From contig CAYSKV010000001.1 in the NCBI GenBank assembly GCA_964431805.1, forward strand, positions 61,698-125,697: 64,000 nucleotides of DNA, in the 5' to 3' direction. Positions 5,760 through 15,292 of the stretch are shown here, piece by piece (position 1 is the first letter of the stretch; the number at the start of each line of letters is the position of its first letter). The notes under the pieces are model-generated. The model was not told the origin of the DNA, did not search any database, and was given only the letters and a program-made list of their open reading frames with translations. Position numbers and translations under genes: made by a program. The DNA comes from an uncultured Gammaproteobacteria bacterium (GTDB taxonomy: Bacteria > Patescibacteriota > Patescibacteriia > Patescibacteriales > GWC2-42-12).

Positions 5760-8056
5760 CGAGAAAGAAAACGACATCTTTTTTTAATATTTTTTTAATT
5801 GGAATAATTACGTTCCTAAGTTTTTTTATTTTTACTAATAGTAAGGCTTTTAGCGATACTAATAATGATTTTGCTTGCCCAGTTAAATCACAATTAGATA
5901 TTGGGGAGCGTAGTGTATTTAACAGGGTCGCCGATGAAATATTAGTAAAATTTAAAAATTCATCAAATCCGATAACTATAAAAATCGCTCAAGCGGGGGA
6001 TTTAAATGAGTTTTTAAATTACTATAATAATTTATCGGAAGTAGATTACGCCGAACCAAATTACATTTACAAAGCTTCTATAATTCCGTCTGATACGCTT
6101 TTTAATAATCAATGGTATTTACAAAAAATTAAAGCTGTTGAAGCATGGGATAATACAAGAGAAAGTTCTAATATTGTTATTGCTATTTTAGATTCAGGCG
6201 TGCAAATAAATCACCCCGATCTCGCTAGTAATATTTGGGTGAATAAAAAAGAGGTCGCTAATAATGGCATTGATGATGATAGAAATGGTTTTATTGATGA
6301 CGTTAATGGTTGGGATTTTGTTAATAATGTGCCTGACCCGGCGCCAAAATTTAAAACTGGATTTACTGAAGATGGAATTTTACATGGCACTATTATCGCC
6401 GGTATTGCGGCGGCTTCTGGCAATAACGCGGCTGGCATCGCTGGTATAACTTGGAAAGCGAAAATTATGCCGCTTAAAGTTTTAGATGATAAAGGCGATG
6501 GCAGCGCTTCAAAGGTTATAAAAGCCATTGATTACGCCATTGCTAATGGCGCCAATATTATTAATTTAAGTTTTGTTGGTTTTGGTTATAGTAAAGGTTT
6601 AGACGACGCGGTTAAACGCGCTTATGACGCTGGTTTAATCGTAGTAGCCGCCGGAGGCAACGAAGTCGGCCAGGGCGATGGTTATTATCTAGATGAAACT
6701 CCAATGTATCCAGCTTGCTTAGACGGCGCTAGTGGCGAAAATAGAGTAATCGGCGTAGCCGCAACCGATACCATGGATCAAAAAGCGACTTTTTCCAGTT
6801 TTGGCATTAAATGCATTGATATTGCCGCGCCAGGAGTTAGCGTTTTTAGCACAGTAGTTTATTCGCCGGATAATTATATAGGCGATCAACCATTTAATAA
6901 ATATTATGATGGTTATTGGTCTGGCACATCCGTCGCCGTGCCTATGGTAAGCGGCGCTTTAGCGTTAATCGAAGGCGCTAATCCAGCTTTAAATCGAGAA
7001 GAAATTTTAAAAGCCTTATTAGATAATGCTGATAATATTAGTCGAGTAAATCCAAATTATTTAGGTAAGCTTGGCAAAGGCAGATTAAATGTGGCTTCGT
7101 CGATTAATTACGCTAAAAGCATATTAAATAGTAAAATTGAAAAATTATTAATCGGTCCGAAAAGTGGCATGGCGAGTTTAGTAAAAATTACTGATCAAGA
7201 CGGAAAAAAGGATAACGAATTTTATGCTTATGGCGCTAGCTTTAAGGGCGGGGTTAATTTTTCTTCCGGAGATATAAATGGCGACGGCCAAGATGAAATT
7301 ATTACTGCGGCTGGTTTAGGCGGCGGACCGCACATTAGAATTTTTGACACTAAAGGAAAATTAGTGAGCCAGTTTTTTGCCTTTAGCAACACTTTCCGCG
7401 GCGGCGTGAATATTGCCAGCGCCGATATAAACAATGACGGTAAAGATGAAATTATCGCGGCTCAAGCTTCGGCAGGCAATTCAGAAATAAAAATTTTTAA
7501 TAATAAAGGGGGATTTTTAGGTTCATTTTACGCCTATGATAAATTTAAAGGCGGTATAAATATAGCTGCCGGCGATATTAATGGCGACGGGGAAGACGAA
7601 ATTATTACAGGTTTATCTGCTGGAAAAATTCCTGAAATAAAAATTTTTAATTCTAGCGGAGCTTTACGCGGTCAATTTTTGGCTTACGTTAAAACTTTTA
7701 CTGGCGGCGTAAGGGTAGCCGTAGCTAATGTTAGAAATTCTTCCGGTAGCCATAAATCAGATATTATTACGGCTCCGGAAAAAGGCGGCGGTCCGCATAT
7801 AAAAGTTTTTGATAGCAAAGGAAATTTATTTTCTCAATTTTTTGCTTTTAGCAGTACTTTTCGCGGTGGAGTTAATTTAGCTAAAGCCGACGTTGATAAT
7901 GACGGTTTTGACGAAATAATAACCGGCGCCGGTTCGGGAGGCGCGCCGCATGTCCGTGTTTTTAAAGCTAGCGGAAAACTTACTGGTTCATTTTACGCTT
8001 ATGAAGATAATTTTAGCGGAGGCGTTAGTGTTGGTAGCATAAAAATTAATAAATAA
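5729..8056 (+). CDS. Secreted subtilisin-like (S8) serine protease with C-terminal FG-GAP/VCBS-type repeats
   Basis: Catalytic contexts AILDSGV (Asp), HGTIIAG (His), GTSVAVPMVSG (Ser). N-terminal hydrophobic anchor. 6-7 repeats of GGVNxxxGDINGDGxDEIIT in the last ~300 aa. Confidence 0.9.
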   Translation: MINFLFRFNGARKKTTSFFNIFLIGIITFLSFFIFTNSKAFSDTNNDFACPVKSQLDIGERSVFNRVADEILVKFKNSSNPITIKIAQAGDLNEFLNYYNNLSEVDYAEPNYIYKASIIPSDTLFNNQWYLQKIKAVEAWDNTRESSNIVIAILDSGVQINHPDLASNIWVNKKEVANNGIDDDRNGFIDDVNGWDFVNNVPDPAPKFKTGFTEDGILHGTIIAGIAAASGNNAAGIAGITWKAKIMPLKVLDDKGDGSASKVIKAIDYAIANGANIINLSFVGFGYSKGLDDAVKRAYDAGLIVVAAGGNEVGQGDGYYLDETPMYPACLDGASGENRVIGVAATDTMDQKATFSSFGIKCIDIAAPGVSVFSTVVYSPDNYIGDQPFNKYYDGYWSGTSVAVPMVSGALALIEGANPALNREEILKALLDNADNISRVNPNYLGKLGKGRLNVASSINYAKSILNSKIEKLLIGPKSGMASLVKITDQDGKKDNEFYAYGASFKGGVNFSSGDINGDGQDEIITAAGLGGGPHIRIFDTKGKLVSQFFAFSNTFRGGVNIASADINNDGKDEIIAAQASAGNSEIKIFNNKGGFLGSFYAYDKFKGGINIAAGDINGDGEDEIITGLSAGKIPEIKIFNSSGALRGQFLAYVKTFTGGVRVAVANVRNSSGSHKSDIITAPEKGGGPHIKVFDSKGNLFSQFFAFSSTFRGGVNLAKADVDNDGFDEIITGAGSGGAPHVRVFKASGKLTGSFYAYEDNFSGGVSVGSIKINK

Positions 8057-8198
8057 CCTTTAAAAACTTTTTTAGAAAAAGTTTTTAATATTTTCAAAAA
8101 ATATAAAGTATCAAATAAAAATTTTATAGCGAGTAAAACTCTACGGCCATAAAATTTTAATTCGATAAATAATAAACTAATAAAATATTTATAATTAT
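8057..8198 (+). repeat. Two-hairpin intergenic module, copy A
   Basis: Hairpin 1: TTAAAAACTTTTT-TAG-AAAAAGTTTTTAA (8060-8088). Hairpin 2: 8109-8167 with loop AGCGAGTAAAACTCTACGGCC. Fills the whole spacer between stop and next start. Confidence 0.9.
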
Positions 8199-9212
8199 AT
8201 GAGCAAAAGAGCAATTTTTGACAAAAAAAATGTTTTAGTAATCGGCGGCGCTGGTTTCGTCGGTTCGCATTTATGCGACCGGCTAATTGAAAATAGCAAA
8301 GTAATTTGCCTTGATAATTTTTCAACCGGCGACGAAAGAAATATTGATCATTTACTTTCTGATCCTAATTTTGAGTTTATAAAACATGATATGGTTGAGC
8401 CGATTAATTTAGAAGCCTTGCCGGAATTGCAAAAATTTAAAATAGAATTTCAGGGTATCCAAGAAATTTATAATTTAGCTTGCCCGACCTCGCCGAAAGA
8501 TTTTGAAAAAAATAAAATCGCAACGGTTTTAGCTTCTTCTTATGCCGTAAAAAATGCTTTGGATTTAGCGGTTCGTTACCAGGCAAAAATTATGCATTTT
8601 TCTTCTTCGGTAGTTTACGGCCCAAGATTAGACGGCCAAACAAAAATTAAGGAAAGCGAAATTGGTAAAGTTGATTTTCTTTCTGAGAGAAGTTGCTACG
8701 ACGAAGGCAAAAGATTTTCCGAAACTATGGTAGAAAATTATCGCCGCGTTTATAATCTTGACGCGAAAGTGGCTCGCTTATTTAGAATTTATGGACCGAG
8801 GCTAAAACTAAACGAAGGCAATTTAATTCCTGATTTTATAAATAGCGCTTTGGAAAATTCTGATTTAACTATTCTTGGCGACGAAAATTTTTCTAGTTCG
8901 CTTTGTTATGTCAGCGATTGTGTTGATGCTTGTTTAAAATTAATGGAAAGTTCAGCAAATGGGCCGTTTAATATTGGATCTGATGTTGATATGAATTTAA
9001 CAAAAATTTGCGAGATGATTATTAAAATTTTAGATTCAAAATCGGCTATAACATATGCGGACAAACATTTATTTATTAGTGAATTATGTTTGCCTGACAT
9101 AACTAGAGCTAAGGAAGAGCTGGGTTGGATGCCGATTGTTACTTTGGAAAATGGTTTGAAAAAGACAATTGATGATTTACGAGCGAGCAAAGGTTTAAAA
9201 ACGGTAGTATAG
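8199..9212 (+). CDS. UDP-glucuronate decarboxylase-like NAD-dependent epimerase/dehydratase
   Basis: Rossmann motif VIGGAGFVGSHLCDRL, LACPTSP, and the catalytic YDEGKR block typical of UXS-type SDR enzymes. Confidence 0.8.
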   Translation: MSKRAIFDKKNVLVIGGAGFVGSHLCDRLIENSKVICLDNFSTGDERNIDHLLSDPNFEFIKHDMVEPINLEALPELQKFKIEFQGIQEIYNLACPTSPKDFEKNKIATVLASSYAVKNALDLAVRYQAKIMHFSSSVVYGPRLDGQTKIKESEIGKVDFLSERSCYDEGKRFSETMVENYRRVYNLDAKVARLFRIYGPRLKLNEGNLIPDFINSALENSDLTILGDENFSSSLCYVSDCVDACLKLMESSANGPFNIGSDVDMNLTKICEMIIKILDSKSAITYADKHLFISELCLPDITRAKEELGWMPIVTLENGLKKTIDDLRASKGLKTVV

Positions 9213-9338
9213 CCTTTAAAAACCTTTTTAAAAAAGGTTTTTAATATTTTCCAAAATATAAGGTATCAAATAAAAATTTTAAAGCGAGCGAAGCTCTACG
9301 GCCATAAATTTTTTTATTTGATTATTATAAGTTAATTT
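9213..9338 (+). repeat. Two-hairpin intergenic module, copy B
   Basis: Hairpin 1: TAAAAACCTTTTT-AAA-AAAAAGGTTTTTA (an extra C:G pair). Hairpin 2: ~9263-9323 with loop AGCGAGCGAAGCTCTACGGCC. Confidence 0.9.
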
Positions 9339-10007
9339 ATGAAAATTTTTTGCGTCATTCCGGCGTTTAATGAAGAAAAAAATATAGCAACGGTTATAGA
9401 CCAGGTAAAACCCCTGGTTGATACGGTTGTAGTGGTGGACGATAGTTCAAGCGATCAAACGGCTAGTTCTTCGGCTAAAACCGGCGTGGTTTTACTTAAG
9501 CATATAATAAATCGCGGGCAGGGCGCAGCTTTAAGAACGGGTACCGAGTATTGTTTAAAAAATGACGCTGATATAGTCGTTCATTTTGACGCCGACGGCC
9601 AATTTTTAAGTAAGGATATAGAAAAAGTTGTCGCGCCAATTAAAAATGGCGAGGCGCAAGTTGTTTTCGGCTCGCGTTTTTTAGATAGCGCTCATAGTTC
9701 GGAAATGCCGATATTTAAGAAATATTTTATTATGCCTTTAGCTAAAGCGGTAAATAAAATATTTTTTAATATTAATTTAACCGATCCACAAAGCGGTTTT
9801 AGAGCGATGTCGAGCGAGGCGGCGCGTAAAATTAATTGGCGACAAGACCGGATGGCGCATTGCTCGGAAATAATGTTTGAAGTTAAAAAAAATAATTTTA
9901 AAGTTAAAGAAATACCTATAAGAGTTATTTACCATAGTTTCGGACAAAGTTTTTCTGGCGGGTTAAAAATTTTAAAAGAATTATTTATTGCCATGCTGGT
10001 TAATTAA
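9339..10007 (+). CDS. Glycosyltransferase family 2 (polyprenol-phosphate sugar transferase-like)
   Basis: VIPAFNEEKNI, VVVDDSSSD, HFDADGQ (DxD) motifs; 222 aa. Confidence 0.85.
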   Translation: MKIFCVIPAFNEEKNIATVIDQVKPLVDTVVVVDDSSSDQTASSSAKTGVVLLKHIINRGQGAALRTGTEYCLKNDADIVVHFDADGQFLSKDIEKVVAPIKNGEAQVVFGSRFLDSAHSSEMPIFKKYFIMPLAKAVNKIFFNINLTDPQSGFRAMSSEAARKINWRQDRMAHCSEIMFEVKKNNFKVKEIPIRVIYHSFGQSFSGGLKILKELFIAMLVN

Positions 10008-10024
10008 AATATTATATTAACAAT

Positions 10025-10351
10025 ATGTTACAACAAACAATCGCTTTAATTATTATCGCTTTTATACTCGCTCGGCTTTTTCGGCAAAAGCAAAAGAATT
10101 ATATTAGCATGAATGAATTTTTATTTTGGCTTATTTTTTGGATTTTAGCCGCATGTCTAATAATTTCTTTAAAATTTATTGATGAATTAGTAGCCGGACT
10201 CGGTTTTAGCGGTTCAGGTATTGAAGTTTTACTATATTTAAGCGTAGCTATATTATTTTATTTTGTTTTTCGTTTAAGGTTAAAATTAGAAAAAATTGAA
10301 AAAGATATTACTAAAGTTGTGCAAAATATAGCTGTAAAAAATGGTAAATAA
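10025..10351 (+). CDS. Small membrane protein, DUF2304-like
   Basis: 108 aa with 3 predicted hydrophobic helices, immediately after a GT2 gene, which is the usual DUF2304 context. Family call is from memory. Confidence 0.55.
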   Translation: MLQQTIALIIIAFILARLFRQKQKNYISMNEFLFWLIFWILAACLIISLKFIDELVAGLGFSGSGIEVLLYLSVAILFYFVFRLRLKLEKIEKDITKVVQNIAVKNGK

Positions 10352-10485
10352 ACCTTTAAAAACTTTTTTAGAAAAAGTTTTCCCCTAAAGGGATAAATAA
10401 TATTTTCAAAAATATAAGGTATTAAGTAAAAATTTCATAGCGAGCAAAGCTCTACGGCTATAAAATTTTTACTTAATTATGATAA
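10352..10485 (+). repeat. Two-hairpin intergenic module, copy C (with extra CCCT-AA-AGGG mini-hairpin)
   Basis: Hairpin 1 as in copy A. Hairpin 2 at ~10419-10478 has an altered but still complementary stem (TTAAGTAAAAATTT / AAATTTTTACTTAA) and loop AGCGAGCAAAGCTCTACGGCT. Confidence 0.9.
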
Positions 10486-10494
10486 TTGATTATT

Positions 10495-11661
10495 ATGAAA
10501 ATTGCTCAAATAGTCTGTACTTTTCCGCCATACCGAGGCGGTATTGGTAATAGCGTTTATAATATTTCGGAAAGCTTGGCTGATTCAGGCCATGATGTAA
10601 CAGTTTTTACTCCAAATTATAATTATAAAATTGAAGAAGAGTTTAATTTACATGAAGGCAAATTTAAAGTTGAGCGCCTAAAGCCATTATTTAAATATGG
10701 CAATGCCGCTTTTATACCCCAGCTTTTATGGAAATTAAAAAACTTTGATATTATTCATTTGCATTACCCATTTTATGGTGCGCTTCAACCAGTGCTATTA
10801 AGAAAATTATTACTGGGGCGTAAAATGAGATTAATTTTGCATTATCATATGGATTCGAGGGCCGCTGGATTTAGGGGTGCTGTTTTTTATTTATATAATA
10901 TTTTAGTTTTACCAATTTTAGTTAGAGCGGCTACGATTATTACTTGCGCTTCGCTTGATTATGTAAAACATTCTGACTTAAGAGAATATTATTTAACTAA
11001 ACCGAAAAAATTTAGGCAAATATCATTTGGAGTAAACCTTGAACAATTTGTTACTTATCATGATGATTTAAATAAAAAACGAGAAAATAAAATTATTTTA
11101 TTTGTTGGCGCTTTAGATAAAGCCCATTATTTTAAAGGTTTAGAAAATTTACTTGAAGCTTTAGCTATAATTATTAAAGACCAGAAATTAAATGCGACTA
11201 TTTTAAAAGTGGTTGGACGGGGAAATTTATTATCTTATTATCAAAATTGCGTACTTAAATTAGGCTTAGGAAAAAATGTTAAATTTTATGAGCATGTTGA
11301 TGATAGCAAATTAGTTGATTTTTATAATTATTCTGATTGTTTAGTTTTACCGTCAATAAATAAAGGCGAAGCTTTTGGCTTAGTTTTACTTGAAGCTATG
11401 GCTTGCTCAAGGCCAGTTATAACTTCAAATTTGCCTGGCGTTAGAAGCGTTTTTAAAAGCGGCAGAGAAGGTTTGTTGGTTAAACCAAACGATATTAATG
11501 ATTTAGCCAATAAAATAAAAACTATTTTAAATGATAAAAAATTAGCCGAAAAAATGGGGTTAGCCGGCAGGGCGCTTGTAGAAAAAAAATATACTTGGTT
11601 TAAAGTTAGTAAAAGATTAGAATTTATTTATCATTATGTTAAATACACTTTTAAGCCATAA
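10495..11661 (+). CDS. Glycosyltransferase family 1
   Basis: GEAFGLVLLEAMACSRPVITSN E-x7-E region. ATG 10495 is preferred to TTG 10486. Confidence 0.85.
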   Translation: MKIAQIVCTFPPYRGGIGNSVYNISESLADSGHDVTVFTPNYNYKIEEEFNLHEGKFKVERLKPLFKYGNAAFIPQLLWKLKNFDIIHLHYPFYGALQPVLLRKLLLGRKMRLILHYHMDSRAAGFRGAVFYLYNILVLPILVRAATIITCASLDYVKHSDLREYYLTKPKKFRQISFGVNLEQFVTYHDDLNKKRENKIILFVGALDKAHYFKGLENLLEALAIIIKDQKLNATILKVVGRGNLLSYYQNCVLKLGLGKNVKFYEHVDDSKLVDFYNYSDCLVLPSINKGEAFGLVLLEAMACSRPVITSNLPGVRSVFKSGREGLLVKPNDINDLANKIKTILNDKKLAEKMGLAGRALVEKKYTWFKVSKRLEFIYHYVKYTFKP

Positions 11662-12819
11662 ATGATTATGAAAATTTGTTTAATAAATAACTTATATAAA
11701 CCATTTAACCGAGGCGGCGCGGAAAAGATAACCGAAACCATAGCGAACGGCTTAATAAAAGCCGGGTATGAAGTTTTTATAATTACTACTAAACCATGTG
11801 GTAAAAAATTGCCGACCACGAATTCTGGGCTAAAAATTTATTTTTTAGATTCTTGTTATTACAATTTAAATAAACTACCTAAATTTTTTAGATTTTTTTG
11901 GCAAATTTGGAACATGTTTAATTTTATAAATTATTTTAAAATAAAAAATATTTTACAAAAAGAAAAATGCCAGGCAGTTATTACTAATAATTTAATGGGC
12001 CTAGGATTTTTAACGTCATTAGCGATTAAAAATTTAAAAATTAGACATTTACATATTACGCATGACATTCAATTAATTCATCCGTCTGGTTTAATGTATT
12101 ACAGCGAGGAGGGGATAATAGAAAGTTTTTTTGCTAAAATTTATTCTGGTTTTTGCCGTCGTCTATTTAATTCGCCATCAGCAGTTATCTTTCCATCAAA
12201 TTGGTTAAAAGATTTATATATAGAAAGAAATTTTTTCGCTAAGTCAAAGATTAATATTTTGCCTAACCCAGTTGAAGATACGCCGGAGCAGGCGAGAGAA
12301 CAATCAGATAGTTTTAAATTTTTATTTTTAGGGCAAATTGAAAAACATAAAGGCATATTTTTATTAATAGACGCTTTTAATAAAATTAAAGATAAATATC
12401 CGGACGTTAAATTAATTATAGTTGGCGATGGTTCTAAAATTAAGCAGGCGCAAGAAAAAGCGGCAAGCAATAATAATATTAATTTTTTAGGCTGGCCGGG
12501 CGATGAAATAGCTAATAAATTGCTATTTTTAGCTAACTGCCTAATTTACCCCTCGTTAGTGTACGAGAACTGTCCTAACGCCATTCAGAGGGCTATAACG
12601 GCTAATTTACCGGTCTTAGCCAGCGATTTAGGAGGTATTCCTGAGTTATTAAATAAAAACGCCGGCATATTATTTAAGCCAGCGAATGTTAATGATTTAG
12701 CTGAAAAAATGGAGTGGATGATTAAAAATAAAAATAATTTACAAATTTCTAACCAAATTAATTTCAAAATTGAAATTTATATAAAAGAATTAGAAAAATT
12801 TATTTCCTCTCATATTTAA
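11662..12819 (+). CDS. Glycosyltransferase family 1
   Basis: GT-B layout with N-terminal GGAEK and C-terminal ENCPNAIQRAITANLPVLASD. Confidence 0.8.
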   Translation: MIMKICLINNLYKPFNRGGAEKITETIANGLIKAGYEVFIITTKPCGKKLPTTNSGLKIYFLDSCYYNLNKLPKFFRFFWQIWNMFNFINYFKIKNILQKEKCQAVITNNLMGLGFLTSLAIKNLKIRHLHITHDIQLIHPSGLMYYSEEGIIESFFAKIYSGFCRRLFNSPSAVIFPSNWLKDLYIERNFFAKSKINILPNPVEDTPEQAREQSDSFKFLFLGQIEKHKGIFLLIDAFNKIKDKYPDVKLIIVGDGSKIKQAQEKAASNNNINFLGWPGDEIANKLLFLANCLIYPSLVYENCPNAIQRAITANLPVLASDLGGIPELLNKNAGILFKPANVNDLAEKMEWMIKNKNNLQISNQINFKIEIYIKELEKFISSHI

Positions 12820-14725
12820 ACATATAAATTTGCCCATTATCAATCGCTTGCCAGCTATCGGCAGAAAATTTAGCTTCATCTAATATTTTAATAAACGCCC
12901 ACCAGTATTTATTTAAAACAAAATAACCAACATCTACGCCAGCCAAATCCATGGCCGCAAACATTGTTTCGCGGCTTGGTTTTTTATATACCATATCTAA
13001 ATAATATTGATAAAGCGGCGAGCTGGTAGGGATTGGGTAATAAAAAATTTGCTCGGCGCCGTAATATTTTTTAAAACCGAATTGGCTTAAAGCCGCGGCG
13101 CTAACTTGCTGATTAGCTAAAACAATATAATCCTTTTTAGCGTCTTTATTAATAAAGTCAACGGTTTTAATATCTGAATTTGAAACTGCGTAACCGCGGG
13201 TATTAAAATAATTGTCATAGCGCGGATAAGTTATGTATAAAGCAGAGGTAATTAATAAAGATAAAAATACAATAGAACTTATAATAATAAAATTATTTTT
13301 CTTAGCTATTTTTTCAAATAAGGCATAAATTAAAATTATAAAAAAAGGCAAAAGGAATAAACAGGCAATTAATAAAATTCTTTGCGGATAATCATCTCTT
13401 TCGTAGTTTATTAAAAAAGAAAATGGCAATTTAATAGTAATTAAATATGAAATAAATAAAGCAGATGCGACCCAGAAATAAAGCCATAAAATTTTACATT
13501 GTTCGCGGTGTTTCCAGGCGATAAAAATTCCACCTAAGGCGAGTAAAGCAATAATAATTTTTAGATTAAAGCCGTATAAATAAACAAAATTTAAGATAAA
13601 ATTTTCTTGCCCCGGGATATTAAATTGCAACAGGCTTATATCTTGCGGTAAATTGCTGCTTGAGTTGGTTGGCGCTATTTGCCTATTTAAAAAATAAAAT
13701 AAAATCGGCAAAACAAAAATAGTAATAATAGTTAAAAGGGGATAAAAATATTTTTTTATTTTAATTTTATCGCTGTGATAAACCGCTAAAAATGCGCTAA
13801 ACAGCAAAGCTGGGATACCTGCGATCGGCTGGGTTATGGCCGCGGCTAATGATAAAAGCAAGATAGTTAAAAAATCGTAGAAATTTTTGCAACATAAGCC
13901 TAATAAAATCGCCAAAATTAAAAAAAGATAAGCTAAATTTTGCGGCGTGGTAACGATTAAAAAGGAGAAACCTAAAGTCAATAAAGCTAAAATTAATATT
14001 AAGTTAAGACTTGCTGAATTAAACCAAGATTTTAAAATGCGCCATAAAGTAAGCGGTAAAAATAAAGCGGCTAAAACTGGTAGTAAAAATTTATCAAGCG
14101 AAACTATTGGTACAGCAGTTATTTTATGAAAAATCACTACCAAGGCGTATTGCCCTAAATAATAAAGCGGCTTAGGATCAACCGCGCCAGTTTTATCAAT
14201 TAAATCTTCCGTGGCTTGATGAATAAATGAATCATAACCGTAGCCGAGTTTATAAACTATTAGCGCGACCGAAAAAGACAAAAAATAATAAAGCATTACG
14301 AGCGGCAAAGCGAATTTTTTGTTAATTATAGAGTTACCGATTAAAATTATAGTTGTTAGGCAGTAAAGAATAAAAAAGTATTTCGGTACGACTTGCCAAG
14401 GAGAAATTATGGCGTTAACGGTTTGGTGGTTAAATAAAACGTAAAAGCAACTAAGTAAAAGTGCAAAACCTAAAACAAAAAGCGCAAAATTTATTAATCT
14501 AAATTTATCATTTTTAGGCTGCTCGGTTTTGGCGTATCTTGAAATTTTGCTTGCTAAAAGACTAAAATATTGTATAATAACAAAAGAAATAACCGCTAAA
14601 ATTAAGCTAATTATTACGCCTAAATTGTTAAGCGAATAGAAACGATAAACCAAGCCGCCCCAGATCGAAATCAGGCAGATTAATATTAAGAGTGAATTAA
14701 CGATATTCAATAGTTTATTATTCAT
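12800..14725 (-). CDS. Polytopic membrane protein of unknown function with C-terminal soluble domain
   Basis: 641-aa ORF with more than 12 hydrophobic segments. Embedded in a glycan locus; its stop overlaps the convergent GT1 gene by 20 nt. Confidence 0.75.
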   Translation of the reverse strand: MNNKLLNIVNSLLILICLISIWGGLVYRFYSLNNLGVIISLILAVISFVIIQYFSLLASKISRYAKTEQPKNDKFRLINFALFVLGFALLLSCFYVLFNHQTVNAIISPWQVVPKYFFILYCLTTIILIGNSIINKKFALPLVMLYYFLSFSVALIVYKLGYGYDSFIHQATEDLIDKTGAVDPKPLYYLGQYALVVIFHKITAVPIVSLDKFLLPVLAALFLPLTLWRILKSWFNSASLNLILILALLTLGFSFLIVTTPQNLAYLFLILAILLGLCCKNFYDFLTILLLSLAAAITQPIAGIPALLFSAFLAVYHSDKIKIKKYFYPLLTIITIFVLPILFYFLNRQIAPTNSSSNLPQDISLLQFNIPGQENFILNFVYLYGFNLKIIIALLALGGIFIAWKHREQCKILWLYFWVASALFISYLITIKLPFSFLINYERDDYPQRILLIACLFLLPFFIILIYALFEKIAKKNNFIIISSIVFLSLLITSALYITYPRYDNYFNTRGYAVSNSDIKTVDFINKDAKKDYIVLANQQVSAAALSQFGFKKYYGAEQIFYYPIPTSSPLYQYYLDMVYKKPSRETMFAAMDLAGVDVGYFVLNKYWWAFIKILDEAKFSADSWQAIDNGQIYMFKYERK

Positions 14726-14749
14726 TATGTTCTTATTTTACCACACTTT

Positions 14750-15292
14750 ATGATAATTTCCATTATCGCTTATGGATTAAGCATGATTTTTTTGTTGTTT
14801 ATTCTTATTTGTAGTTTTAATTTAATTTTTTCAGTTTTATCATTTGCCCCATGGGTGCCGAGCCGTAGCCGTGATTTTAAAAGAATTTTTAAATTAGCTG
14901 ATTTAAAGCCTGGACAAATTTTTTATGATTTAGGCTGTGGCGACGGTAGGGTCGTGATTTATGCGGCTAATAATTATAAAGTAAAAGCTATTGGCCTGGA
15001 AATTTCTTTGCCGTTATATTTAATTTGTAAATTAAGGCGACTTTTTAATACGAAAAGTAATATTGAGTTTAAATTTAAAAATTTATATAAAGAAAATTTA
15101 GCCGAAGCCGACGTAGTTTATTTTTTTGGCATCCCGCATGTTCTTAATGAAAAATTTTGTTTAAAACTTAAGCAAGAGTTAAAATCTGGCGCAAAAATTA
15201 TTTCTTATTCGTTTAAGCTAAATAGCATGGAGCCGAAAATAATAGATAATCCAGGCGGTAAGGGTTTGCCGATATATTTATATGAGATATAA
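14750..15292 (+). CDS. Class I SAM-dependent methyltransferase with N-terminal membrane anchor
   Basis: Motif I YDLGCGDGRVV; post-I acidic residue in GLEIS. Confidence 0.7.
   Translation: MIISIIAYGLSMIFLLFILICSFNLIFSVLSFAPWVPSRSRDFKRIFKLADLKPGQIFYDLGCGDGRVVIYAANNYKVKAIGLEISLPLYLICKLRRLFNTKSNIEFKFKNLYKENLAEADVVYFFGIPHVLNEKFCLKLKQELKSGAKIISYSFKLNSMEPKIIDNPGGKGLPIYLYEI

Noticed and set aside
8057-8198. Intergenic modules as integron attC sites or gene cassettes.
   Set aside because: There are no RYYYAAC/GTTRRRY core sites and no integrase. The flanking genes include core genes (rpmJ, infA).
7999-8325. 108-aa minus-strand ORF spanning the intergenic module (..IELKFYGRRVLLAIKF..).
   Set aside because: It reads through repeat copy A and overlaps the ends of two well-supported plus-strand genes. 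The peptide similarity to ORF 31890-32084 only reflects the DNA repeat.
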